Shown here: in pieces, positions 40,501 through 54,414 of the stretch | Layout of the letters: the number at the start of each line of letters is the position of its first letter | Numbering within the stretch: the first letter of the stretch is position 1 | Origin: Auanema rhodensis | Lineage: Eukaryota > Animalia > Nematoda | Direction: 5' to 3' | Assembly (NCBI GenBank): GCA_964057225.1 | Contig: OZ059897.1 | Location: 3,472,001-3,536,000, forward strand | Length of the DNA: 64,000 bases | The notes under the pieces: model-generated | What the model saw: only the letters and a program-made list of their open reading frames with translations | What the model was told of the DNA's origin: nothing | Database searches by the model: none | Program-made: the position numbers and the translations under genes

Positions 40501-43500
40501 ATTTTTTCGTTGAAAAACATTGTCCATCGTCTTCGTCATGAAAAAAGGAATCTAAAAACATCTACTTTTTGTGAAATTATCCAGAAAATTTTCGGGAAAA
40601 TTTTTGTCAAAATGTTTTTGGAAGCAATGTTGAGTGTACATGGGAACTCAACATACATTAATGCATTATTTTTCAAACGATCATAACTTATTTTTGTATA
40701 GAGCGTTTCTCAATGTAGTATAGTGCATTCGATGCGGATTTTTAAGCTGCGTCGATCTGTGTTATCCGATTTGAGCTAGCTTGAAAATGTACCGAGATAT
40801 CAACTGATATATGTTCACACTTATATCCTCGATTTTCACCCTGAAGAATTTATTTTTTCGTTGAATAACATTGTCCATCGTCTTCGCCTTGAAAGAAGGA
40901 ATTTAAAAACATCTACTTTTTGTGAAATTATTTAGAAATTTTTCGGGAAAATTTTTGTCAAAATGTTTTTGGAAGCAATGTTGAGTGTACATGGGAACTC
41001 AGCATACACTAATGCATTATTTTTCAAACGATAATAACTAATTTTTGTATAGAGCGTTTCTCATAGTAGTATAGTGCATTCGATGCGGATTTTTAAGTTG
41101 CGTTGATCTGTGTTATCAGATTTGAGTTAGCTTAAAAATGCACCGAGATATCAACTGATATATGTTCACACTTATATCCTCGATTTTCACCCTGAAGAAA
41201 TGATTTTTTCGTTGAATAACATTGTCCATCATCTTCGTCTTGAAAAAAGGAATCTAAAAACATCTACTTTTTGTGAAATTATTTAGAAATTTTTCGGGAA
41301 AATTTTTGTCAAAATGTTTTTGGAAGCAATGTTGAGTGTACATGGGAACTCAACATACATTAATGCATTATTTTTCAAACGATCATAACTTATTTTTGTA
41401 TAGAGCGTTTCTCAATGTAGTATAGTGCATTCGATGCGGATTTTTAAGCTGCGTCGATCTGTGTTATCCGATTTGAGCTAGCTTGAAAATGTACCGAGAT
41501 ATCAACTGATATATGTTCACACTTATATCCTCGATTTTCACCCTGAAGAATTTATTTTTTCGTTGAATAACATTGTCCATCGTCTTCGCCTTGGAAGAAG
41601 GAATCTAAAAACATCTACTTTTTGTGAAATTATTTAGAAATTTTTCGGGAAAATTTTTGTCAAAATGTTTTTGGAAGCAATGTTGAGTGTACATGGGAAC
41701 TCAGCATACACTAATGCATTATTTTTCAAACGATAATAACTAATTTTTGTATAGAGCGTTTCTCATAGTAGTATAGTGCATTCGATGCGGATTTTTAAGT
41801 TGCGTTGATCTGTGTTATCAGATTTGAGTTAGCTTAAAAATGCACCGAGATATCAACTGATATATGTTCACACTTATATCCTCGATTTTCACCCTGAAGA
41901 AATGATTTTTTCGTTGAATAACATTGTCCATCATCTTCGTCTTGAAAAAAGGAATCTAAAAACATCTACTTTTTGTGAAATTATTTAGAAATTTTTCGGG
42001 AAAATTTTTGTCAAAATGTTTTTGGAAGCAATGTTGAGTGTACATGGGAACTCAACATACACTAATGCATTATTTTTCAAACGATCATAACTAATTTTTG
42101 TATGGAGCGTTTCTCAATGTAGTATAGTGCATTCGATGCGGATTTTTAAGCTGCGTTGATCTGTGTTATCAGATTTGAGTTAACTTAAAAATGCACCGAG
42201 ATATCAACTGATATAGGTTCACACTTATATCCTCGATTTTCACCCTGAAGAAATGATTTTTTCGTTGAAAAACATTGTCCATCGTCTTCGTCATGAAAAA
42301 AGGAATCTAAAAACATCTACTTTTTGTGAAATTATTCAGAAAATTTTCGGGAAAATTTTTGTCAAAATGTTTTTGGAAGCAATGTTGAGTGTACATGGGA
42401 ACTCAACATACACTAATGCATTATTTTTCAAACGATCATAACTAATTTTTGTATAGAGCGTTTCTCAATGTAGTATAGTGCATTCGATGCGGATTTTTAA
42501 GCTGCGTCGATCTGTGTTATCAGATTTGAGTTAGCTTAAAAATGCACCGAGATATCAACTGATATATGTTCACACTTATATCCTCGATTTTCACCCTGAA
42601 GAAATGATTTTTTCGTTGAATAACATTGTCCATCATCTTCGTCTTGAAAAAAGGAATCTAAAAACATCTACTTTTTGTGAAATTATTTAGAAATTTTTCG
42701 GAAAAATTTTTGTCAAAATGTTTTTGGAAGCAATGTTGAGTGTACATGGGAACTCAACATACACTAATGCATTATTTTTCAAACGATCATAACTAATTTT
42801 TGTAAATAGCGTTTCTCGATGTAGTATAGTGCATTCGATGCGGATTTTTAAGCTGCGTTGATCTGTGTTATCAGATTTGAGTTAACTTAAAAATGCACCG
42901 AGATATCAACTGATATAGGTTCACACTTATATCCTCGATTTTCACCCTGAAGAAATGATTTTTTCGTTGAAAAACATTGTCCATCGTCTTCGTCATGAAA
43001 AAAGGAATCTAAAAACATCTACTTTTTGTGAAATTATTCAGAAATTTTTCGGGAAAATTTTTGTCAAAATGTTTTTGGAAGCAATGTTGAGTGTACATGG
43101 GAACTCAACATACACTAATGCATTATTTTTCAAACGATCATAACTAATTTTTGTATAGAGCGTTTCTCAATGTAGTATAGTGCATTCGATGCGGATTTTT
43201 AAGCTGCGTTGATCTGTGTTATCAGATTTGAGTTAACTTAAAAATGCACCGAGATATCAACTGATATATGTTCACACTTATATCCTCGATTTTCACCCTG
43301 AAGAAATGATTTTTTCGTTGAAAAACATTGTCCATCGTATTCGTCTTGAAAAAAGGAATCTAAAAACATCTACTTTTTGTGAAATTATTTAGAAATTTTT
43401 CGGGAAAATTTTTGTCAAAATGTTTTTGGAAGCAATGTTTGAATGTACATGGGAACTCAACATTCACTAATGCATTATTTTTCAAACGATCATAACTAAT

Positions 43501-44019
43501 TTTTGTATGGAGCGTTTCTCAATGTAGTATAGTGCATTCGATGCGGATTTTTAAGCTGCGTTGATCTGTGTTATCAGATTTGAGTTAACTTAAAAATGCA
43601 CCGAGATATCAACTGATATAGGTTCACACTTATATCCTCGATTTTCACCCTGAAGAAATGATTTTTTCGTTGAAAAACATTGTCCATCGTCTTCGTCATG
43701 AAAAAAGGAATCTAAAAACATCTACTTTTTGTGAAATTATTCAGAAAATTTTCGGGAAAATTTTTGTCAAAATGTTTTTGGAAGCAATGTTGAGTGTACA
43801 TGGGAACTCAACATACACTAATGCATTATTTTTCAAACGATCATAACTAATTTTTGTATGGAGCGTTTCTCAATGTAGTATAGTGCATTCGATGCGGATT
43901 TTTAAGCTGCGTTGATCTGTGTTATCAGATTTGAGTTAGCTTAAAAATGCACCGAGATATCAACTGATATATGTTCACACTTATATCCTCGATTTTCACC
44001 CTGAAGAAATGATTTTTTC

Positions 44020-47000
44020 GTTGAATAACATTGTCCATCGTCTTCGTCATGAAAAAAGGAATCTAAAAACATCTACTTTTTGTGAAATTATTCAGAAAAT
44101 TTTCGGGAAAATTTTTGTCAAAATGTTTTTGGAAGCAATGTTGAGTGTACATGGGAACTCAACATACACTAATGCATTATTTTTCAAACGATCATGACTA
44201 ATTTTTGTATAGAGCGTTTCTCAATGTAGTATAGTGCATTCGATGCGGATTTTTAAGCTGCGTCGATCTGTGTTATCAGATTTGAGTTAGCTTAAAAATG
44301 CACCGAGATATCAACTGATATATGTTCACACTTATATCCTCGATTTTCACCCTGAAGAAATGATTTTTTCGTTGAATAACATTGTCCATCATCTTCGTCT
44401 TGAAAAAAGGAATCTAAAAACATCTACTTTTTGTGAAATTATTCAGAAATTTTTCGGGAAAATTTTTGTCAAAATGTTTTTGGAAGCAATGTTGAGTGTA
44501 CATGGGAACTCAACATACACTAATGCATTATTTTTCAAACGATCATAACTAATTTTTGTAAATAGCGTTTCTCGATGTAGTGTAGTGCATTCGATGCGGA
44601 TTTTTAAGCTGCGTTGATCTGTGTTATCAGATTTGAGTTAACTTAAAAATGCACCGAGATATCAACTGATATAGGTTCACACTTATATCCTCGATTTTCA
44701 CCCTGAAGAAATGATTTTTTCGTTGAAAAACATTGTCCATCGTCTTCGTCATGAAAAAAGGAATCTAAAAACATCTACTTTTTGTGAAATTATTCAGAAA
44801 TTTTTCGGGAAAATTTTTGTCAAAATGTTTTTGGAAGCAATGTTGAGTGTACATGGGAACTCAACATACACTACTGCATCATTTTTCAAACGATCATAAC
44901 TAATTTTTGTATAGAGCGTTTCTCAATGTAGTATAGTGCATTCGATGCGGATTTTTAAGCTGCGTTGATCTGTGTTATCAGATTTGAGTTAACTTAAAAA
45001 TGCACCGAGATATCAACTGATATATGTTCACACTTATATCCTCGATTTTCACCCTGAAGAAATGATTTTTTCGTTGAATAACATTGTCCATCGTCTTCGT
45101 CTTGAGAAAAGGAATCCAAAAACATCTACTTTTTGTAAAATTATTTAGAAATTTTTCGGGAAAATTTTTGTCAAAATGTTTTTGGAAGCAATGTTGAGTG
45201 TACATGGGAACTCAACATACACTAATGCATTATTTTTCAAACGATCATAACTAATTTTTGTATAGAGCGTTTCTCAATGTAGTATAGTGCATTCGATGCG
45301 GATTTTTAAGCTGCGTTGATCTGTGTTATCAGATTTGAGTTAACTTAAAAATGCACCGAGATATCAACTGATATATGTTCACACTTATATCCTCGATTTT
45401 CACCCTGAAGAAATGATTTTTTCGTTGAAAAACATTGTCCATCGTATTCGTCTTGAAAAAAGGAATCTAAAAACATCTACTTTTTGTGAAATTATTTAGA
45501 AATTTTTCGGGAAAATTTTTGTCAAAATGTTTTTGGAAGCAATGTTTGAATGTACATGGGAACTCAACATTCACTAATGCATTATTTTTCAAACGATCAT
45601 AACTAATTTTTGTATGGAGCGTTTCTCAATGTAGTATAGTGCATTCGATGCGGATTTTTAAGCTGCGTTGATCTGTGTTATCAGATTTGAGTTAACTTAA
45701 AAATGCACCGAGATATCAACTGATATAGGTTCACACTTATATCCTCGATTTTCACCCTGAAGAAATGATTTTTTCGTTGAAAAACATTGTCCATCGTCTT
45801 CGTCATGAAAAAAGGAATCTAAAAACATCTACTTTTTGTGAAATTATTCAGAAAATTTTCGGGAAAATTTTTGTCAAAATGTTTTTGGAAGCAATGTTGA
45901 GTGTACATGGGAACTCAACATACACTAATGCATTATTTTTCAAACGATCATGACTAATTTTTGTATAGAGCGTTTCTCAATGTAGTATAGTGCATTCGAT
46001 GCGGATTTTTAAGCTGCGTCGATCTGTGTTATCAGATTTGAGTTAGCTTAAAAATGCACCGAGATATCAACTGATATATGTTCACACTTATATCCTCGAT
46101 TTTCACCCTGAAGAAATGATTTTTTCGTTGAATAACATTGTCCATCATCTTCGTCTTGAAAAAAGGAATCTAAAAACATCTACTTTTTGTGAAATTATTT
46201 AGAAATTTTTCGGAAAAATTTTTGTCAAAATGTTTTTGGAAGCAATGTTGAGTGTACATGGGAACTCAACATACACTAATGCATTATTTTTCAAACGATC
46301 ATAACTAATTTTTGTAAATAGCGTTTCTCGATGTAGTGTAGTGCATTCGATGCGGATTTTTAAGCTGCGTTGATCTGTGTTATCAGATTTGAGTTAACTT
46401 AAAAATGCACCGAGATATCAACTGATATAGGTTCACACTTATATCCTCGATTTTCACCCTGAAGAAATGATTTTTTTGTTGAAAAACATTGTCCATCGTC
46501 TTCGTCATGAAAAAAGGAATCTAAAAACATCTACTTTTTGTGAAATTATTCAGAAATTTTTCGGGAAAATTTTTGTCAAAATGTTTTTGGAAGCAATGTT
46601 GAGTGTACATGGGAACTCAACATACACTACTGCATCATTTTTCAAACGATCATAACTAATTTTTGTATAGAGCGTTTCTCAATGTAGTATAGTGCATTCG
46701 ATGCGGATTTTTAAGCTGCGTTGATCTGTGTTATCAGATTTGAGTTAACTTAAAAATGCACCGAGATATCAACTGATATATGTTCACACTTATATCCTCG
46801 ATTTTCACCCTGAAGAAATGATTTTTTCGTTGAATAACATTGTCCATCGTCTTCGTCTTGAGAAAAGGAATCCAAAAACATCTACTTTTTGTAAAATTAT
46901 TTAGAAATTTTTCGGGAAAATTTTTGTCAAAATGTTTTTGGAAGCAATGTTGAGTGTACATGGGAACTCAACATACACTAATGCATTATTTTTCAAACGA

Positions 47001-47720
47001 TCATAACTAATTTTTGTATAGAGCGTTTCTCAATGTAGTATAGTGCATTCGATGCGGATTTTTAAGCTGCGTTGATCTGTGTTATCAGATTTGAGTTAAC
47101 TTAAAAATGCACCGAGATATCAACTGATATATGTTCACACTTATATCCTCGATTTTCACCCTGAAGAAATGATTTTTTCGTTGAAAAACATTGTCCATCG
47201 TATTCGTCTTGGAAAAAGGAATCTAAAAACATCTACTTTTTGTGAAATTATTTAGAAATTTTTCGGGAAAATTTTTGTCAAAATGTTTTTGGAAGCAATG
47301 TTTGAATGTACATGGGAACTCAACATTCACTAATGCATTATTTTTCAAACGATCATAACTAATTTTTGTATGGAGCGTTTCTCAATGTAGTATAGTGCAT
47401 TCGATGCGGATTTTTAAGCTGCGTTGATCTGTGTTATCAGATTTGAGTTAACTTAAAAATGCACCGAGATATCAACTGATATAGGTTCACACTTATATCC
47501 TCGATTTTCACCCTGAAGAAATGATTTTTTCGTTGAAAAACATTGTCCATCGTCTTCGTCATGAAAAAAGGAATCTAAAAACATCTACTTTTTGTGAAAT
47601 TATTCAGAAAATTTTCGGGAAAATTTTTGTCAAAATGTTTTTGGAAGCAATGTTGAGTGTACATGGGAACTCAACATACACTAATGCATTATTTTTCAAA
47701 CGATCATAACTAATTTTTGT
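44020..47720. repeat. 5-monomer HOR (1756 bp), about two copies; boundaries approximate
   Basis: Local marker SNPs are exactly 1756 apart: GATCATGACT 44196/45952, GTAGTGTAG 44582/46338, CTTGAGAAAA 45106/46862. ORFs 44711/46467, 44978/46734 and 45765/47521 agree. Confidence 0.9.
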
Positions 47721-49498
47721 ATAGAGCGTTTCTCAATGTAGTATAGTGCATTCGATGCGGATTTTTAAGCTGCGTCGATCTGTGTTATCAGATTTGAGTT
47801 AGCTTAAAAATGCACCGAGATATCAACTGATATATGTTCACACTTATATCCTCGATTTTCACCCTGAAGAAATGATTTTTTCGTTGAATAACATTGTCCA
47901 TCATCTTCGTCTTGAAAAAAAGAATCTAAAAACATCTACTTTTTGTGAAATTATTTAGAAATTTTTCGGAAAAATTTTTGTCAAAATGTTTTTGGAAGCA
48001 ATGTTGAGTGTACATGGGAACTCAACATTCACTAATGCATTATTTTTCAAACGATCATAACTAATTTTTGTATAGAGCGTTTCTTAATGTAGTATAGTGC
48101 ATTCGATGCGGATTTTTAAGCTGCGTCGATCTGTGTTATCAGATTTGAGTTAGCTTAAAAATGCACCGAGATATCAACTGATATATGTTCACACTTATAT
48201 CCTCGATTTTCACCCTGAAGAAATGATTTTTTCGTTGAATAACATTGTCCATCATCTTCGTCTTGAAAAAAGGAATCTAAAAACATCTACTTTTTGTGAA
48301 ATTATTTAGAAATTTTTCGGAAAAATTTTTGTCAAAATGTTTTTGGAAGCAATGTTGAGTGTACATGGGAACTCAACATACACTAATGCATTATTTTTCG
48401 AACGATCATAACTAATTTTTGTAAATAGCGTTTCTCGATGTAGTATAGTGCATTCGATGCGGATTTTTAAGCTGCGTTGATCTGTGTTATCAGATTTGAG
48501 TTAACTTAAAAATGCACCGAGATATCAACTGATATAGGTTCACACTTATATCCTCGATTTTCACCCTGAAGAAATGATTTTTTCGTTGAAAAACATTGTC
48601 CATCGTCTTCGTCATGAAAAAAGGAATCTAAAAACATCTACTTTTTGTGAAATTATTCAGAAATTTTTCGGGAAAATTTTTGTCAAAATGTTTTTGGAAG
48701 CAATGTTGAGTGTACATGGGAACTCAACATACACTACTGCATCATTTTTCAAACGATCATAACTAATTTTTGTATAGAGCGTTTCTCAATGTAGTATAGT
48801 GCATTCGATGCGGATTTTTAAGCTGCGTTGATCTGTGTTATCAGATTTGAGTTAACTTAAAAATGCACCGAGATATCAACTGATATATGTTCACACTTAT
48901 ATCCTCGATTTTCACCCTGAAGAAATGATTTTTTCGTTGAATAACATTGTCCATCGTCTTCGTCTTGAAAAAAAGAATCCAAAAACATCTACTTTTTGTA
49001 AAATTATTTAGAAATTTTTCGGGAAAATTTTTGTCAAAATGTTTTTGGAAGCAATGTTGAGTGTACATGGGAACTCAACATACACTAATGCATTATTTTT
49101 CAAACGATCATAACTAATTTTTGTATAGAGCGTTTCTCTATGGAGCGTTTCTCAATGTAGTATAGTGCATTCGATGCGGATTTTTAAGCTGAGTTGATCT
49201 GTGTTATCAGATTTGAGTTAACTTAAAAATGCACCGAGATATCAACTGATATATGTTCACACTTATATCCTCGATTTTCACCCTGAAGAAATGATTTTTT
49301 CGTTGAAAAACATTGTCCATCGTATTCGTCTTGAAAAAAGGAATCTAAAAACATCTACTTTTTGTGAAATTATTTAGAAATTTTTCGGGAAAATTTTTGT
49401 CAAAATGTTTTTGGAAGCAATGTTTGAATGTACATGGGAACTCAACATACACTAATGCATTATTTTTCAAACGATCATAACTAATTTTTGTATGGAGC

Positions 49499-50902
49499 GT
49501 TTCTCAATGTAGTATAGTGCATTCGATGCGGATTTTTAAGCTGCGTTGATCTGTGTTATCAGATTTGCGCTAGCTTAAAAATGCACCGAGTAATCAACTG
49601 ATATAGGTTCACACTTATATCCTCGATTTTCACCCTGAAGAATTAATTTTTTCGTTGAATAACATTGTCCATCGTCTTTGCCTTGAAAAAAGAAATCTAA
49701 AAACTCTTACTTTTTGTGAAATTATTTAGAAATTTTTCGGGAAAATTTTTGTCAAAATGTTTTTGGAAGCAATGTTGAGTGTACATGGGAACTCAACATA
49801 CACTAATGCATTATTTTTCAAACGATCATAACTTATTTTTGTATAGAGCGTTTCTCAATGTAGTATAGTGCATTCGATGCGGATTCTTAAGCTGCGTTGA
49901 TCTGTGTTATCAGATTTGAGTTAACTTAAAAATGCACCGAGATATCAACTGATATAGGTTCACACTTATATCCTCGATTTTCACCCTGAAGAAATGATTT
50001 TTTCGTTGAAAAACATTGTCCATCGTCTTAGTCTTGAAAAAAGGAATCTGAAAACATCTACTTTTTGTGAAATTATTTAGAAATTTTTCGGGAAAATTTT
50101 TGTCAAAATGTTTTTGGAAGCAATGTTGAGTGTACATGGGAACTCAACATACACTAATGCATTATTTTTCAAACGATCATAACTAATTTTTGTATGGAGC
50201 GTTTCTCAATGTAGTATAGTGCATTCGATGCGGATTTTTAAGCTGCGTTGATCTGTGTTATCAGATTTGCGCTAGCTTAAAAATGCACCGAGTAATCAAC
50301 TGATATAGGTTCACACTTATATCCTCGATTTTCACCCTGAAGAATTAATTTTTTCGTTGAATAACATTGTCCATCGTCTTTGCCTTGAAAAAAGAAATCT
50401 AAAAACTCTTACTTTTTGTGAAATTATTTAGAAATTTTTCGGGAAAATTTTTGTCAAAATGTTTTTGGAAGCAATGTTGAGTGTACATGGGAACTCAACA
50501 TACACTAATGCATTATTTTTCAAACGATCATAACTTATTTTTGTATAGAGCGTTTCTCAATGTAGTATAGTGCATTCGATGCGGATTCTTAAGCTGCGTT
50601 GATCTGTGTTATCAGATTTGAGTTAACTTAAAAATGCACCGAGATATCAACTGATATAGGTTCACACTTATATCCTCGATTTTCACCCTGAAGAAATGAT
50701 TTTTTCGTTGAAAAACATTGTCCATCGTCTTAGTCTTGAAAAAAGGAATCTGAAAACATCTACTTTTTGTGAAATTATTTAGAAATTTTTCGGGAAAATT
50801 TTTGTCAAAATGTTTTTGGAAGCAATGTTGAGTGTACATGGGAACTCAACATACACTAATGCATTATTTTTCAAACGATCATAACTAATTTTTGTAAATA
50901 GC
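49499..50902. repeat. Duplicated dimer (2 x 702 bp) at the start of the right-hand domain
   Basis: Monomers 49499 and 50201 share TTTGCGCTAGC, CGAGTAATC and AACTCTTAC. Monomers 49850 and 50552 share GATTCTTAAG, CTTAGTC and GAATCTGAAA. ORFs 49910/50612 are 702 apart. Confidence 0.92.
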
Positions 50903-51604
50903 GTTTCTCGATGTAGTATAGTGCATTCGATGCGGATTTTTAAGCTGCGTCGATCTGTGTTATCAGATTTGAGTTAGCTTAAAAATGCACCGAGATATCA
51001 ACTGATATATGTTTACACTTATATCCTCGATTTTCACCCTGAAGAAATGATTTTTTCGTTGAATAACATTGTCCATCGTCTTCGCCTTGAAAAAAGGAAT
51101 CTAAAAACATCTACTTTTTGTGAAATTATTTAGAAATTTTTCGGGAAAATTTTTGTCAAAATGTTTTTGGAAGCAATGTTGAGTGTACATGGGAACTCAA
51201 CATACACTAATGCATTATTTTTCAAACGATCATAACTAATTTCTGTAAATAGCGTTTCTCAATGTAGTATAGTGCATTCGATGCGGATTTTTAAGCTGCG
51301 TTGATCTGTGTTATCAGATTTGAGTTAACTTAAAAATGCACCGAGATATCAACTGATATATGTTCACACTTATATCCTCGATTTTCACCCTGAAGAGATG
51401 ATTTTTTCGTTGAATAACATTGTCCATCGTCTTCGTCTTGAAAAAAGGAATCTAAAAACATCTACTTTTTGTGAAATTATTTAGAAATTTTTCGGGAAAA
51501 TTTTTGTCAAAATGTTTTTGGAAGCAATGTTGAGTGTACATGGGAACTCAACATACACTAATGCATTATTTTTCAAACGATCAAAACTAATTTTTGTAAA
51601 TAGC

Positions 51605-54414
51605 GTTTCTCAATGTAGTATAGTGCATTCGATGCGGATTTTTAAGCTGCGTTGATCTGTGTTATCAGATTTGAGCTAGCTTAAAAATGCACCGAGATAT
51701 CAACTGATATATGTTCACACTTATATCCTCGATTTTCACCCTGAAGAAATGATTTTTTGGTTGAAAAACATTGTCCATCGTCTTCGTCTTGAAAAAAGGA
51801 ATCTAAAAACATCTACTTTTTGTGAAATTATTTAGAAATTTTTCGGGAAAATTTTTGTCAAAATGTTTTTGGAAGCAATGTTGAGTGTACATGGGAACTC
51901 AACATACACTAATGCATTATTTTTCAAACGATCATAACTAATTTTTGTATAGAGCGTTTTTTAATGTAGTATAGTGCATTCGATGCGGATTTTTAAGCTG
52001 CGTCGATCTGTGTTATCAGATTTGAGTTAGCTTAAAAATGCACCGAGATATCAACTGATATATGTTCACACTTATATCCTCGATTTTCACCCTGAAGAAA
52101 TGATTTTTTCGTTGAAAAAACATTGTCCATCGTCTTTGCCTTGAAAAAAGGAATCTAAAAACATCTACTTTTTGTGAAATTATTTAGAAATTTTTCGGGA
52201 AAATTTTTGTCAAAATGTTTTTGGAAGCAATGTTGAGTGTACATGGGAACTCAACATACACTAATGCATTATTTTTCAAACGATCATAACTTATTTTTGT
52301 ATAGAGCGTTTCTCAATGTAGTGTAGTGCATTCGATGCGGATTTTTAAGCTGCGTCGATCTGTGTTATCCGATTTGAGCTAGCTTGAAAATGTACCGAGA
52401 TATCAACTGATATAGGTTCACACTTATATCCTCGATTTTCACCCTGAAGAATTTATTTTTTCGTTGAATAACATTGTCCATCGTCTTCGCCTTGAAAAAA
52501 GGAATCTTAAAACATCTACTTTTTGTGAAATTATTTAGAAATTTTTCGGGAAAATTTTTGTCAAAATGTTTTTGGAAGCAATGTTGAGTGTACATGGGAA
52601 CTCAACATACACTAATGCATTATTTTTCAAACGATAATAACTAATTTTTGTATAGAGCGTTTCTCAATGTAGTATAGTGCATTCGATGCGGATTTTTAAG
52701 CTGCGTCGATCTGTGTTATCCGATTTGAGCTAGCTTGAAAATGTACCGAGATATCAACTGATATATGTTCACACTTATATCCTCGATTTTCACCCTGAAG
52801 AAATGATTTTTTCGTTGAATAACATTGTCCATCATCTTCGTCTTGAAAAAAGGAATCTAAAAACATCTACTTTTTGTGAAATTATTTAGAAATTTTTCGG
52901 GAAAATTTTTGTCAAAATGTTTTTGGAAGCAATGTTGAGTGTACATGGGAACTCAACATACACTAATGCATTATTTTTCAAACGATCATAACTAATTTCT
53001 GTAAATAGCGTTTCTCAATGTAGTATAGTGCATTCGATGCGGATTTTTAAGCTGCGTTGATCTGTGTTATCAGATTTGAGCTAGCTTAAAAATGCACCGA
53101 GATATCAACTGATATATGTTCACACTTATATCCTCGATTTTCACCCTGAAGAAATGATTTTTTGGTTGAAAAACATTGTCCATCGTCTTCGTCTTGAAAA
53201 AAGGAATCTAAAAACATCTACTTTTTGTGAAATTATTTAGAAATTTTTCGGGAAAATTTTTGTCAAAATGTTTTTGGAAGCAATGTTGAGTGTACATGGG
53301 AACTCAACATACACTAATGCATTATTTTTCAAACGATCATAACTAATTTTTGTATAGAGCGTTTTTTAATGTAGTATAGTGCATTCGATGCGGATTTTTA
53401 AGCTGCGTCGATCTGTGTTATCAGATTTGAGTTAGCTTAAAAATGCACCGAGATATCAACTGATATATGTTCACACTTATATCCTCGATTTTCACCCTGA
53501 AGAAATGATTTTTTCGTTGAAAAAACATTGTCCATCGTCTTTGCCTTGAAAAAAGGAATCTAAAAACATCTACTTTTTGTGAAATTATTTAGAAATTTTT
53601 CGGGAAAATTTTTGTCAAAATGTTTTTGGAAGCAATGTTGAGTGTACATGGGAACTCAACATACACTAATGCATTATTTTTCAAACGATCATAACTTATT
53701 TTTGTATAGAGCGTTTCTCAATGTAGTGTAGTGCATTCGATGCGGATTTTTAAGCTGCGTCGATCTGTGTTATCCGATTTGAGCTAGCTTGAAAATGTAC
53801 CGAGATATCAACTGATATAGGTTCACACTTATATCCTCGATTTTCACCCTGAAGAATTTATTTTTTCGTTGAATAACATTGTCCATCGTCTTCGCCTTGA
53901 AAAAAGGAATCTAAAAACATCTACTTTTTGTGAAAATATTTAGAAATTTTTCGGGAAAATTTTTGTCAAAATGTTTTTGGAAGCAATGTTGAGTGTACAT
54001 GGGAACTCAACATACACTAATGCATTATTTTTCAAACGATAATAACTAATTTTTGTATAGAGCGTTTCTCAATGTAGTATAGTGCATTCGATGCGGATTT
54101 TTAAGCTGCGTCGATCTGTGTTATCCGATTTGAGCTAGCTTGAAAATGTACCGAGATATCAACTGATATATGTTCACACTTATATCCTCGATTTTCACCC
54201 TGAAGAAATGATTTTTTCGTTGAATAACATTGTCCATCATCTTCGTCTTGAAAAAAGGAATCTAAAAACATCTACTTTTTGTGAAATTATTTAGAAATTT
54301 TTCGGGAAAATTTTTGTCAAAATGTTTTTGGAAGCAATGTTGAGTGTACATGGGAACTCAACATACACTAATGCATTATTTTTCAAACGATCATAACTAA
54401 TTTTTGTAAATAGC
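51605..54414. repeat. 4-monomer HOR (1405 bp), two copies
   Basis: The order TTTTGGTTG / GAAAAAAC(+1) / GTAGTGTAG-GAATTTATT / TCCGATTT-CATCATC starts at 51605 and again at 53010. Confidence 0.85.
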
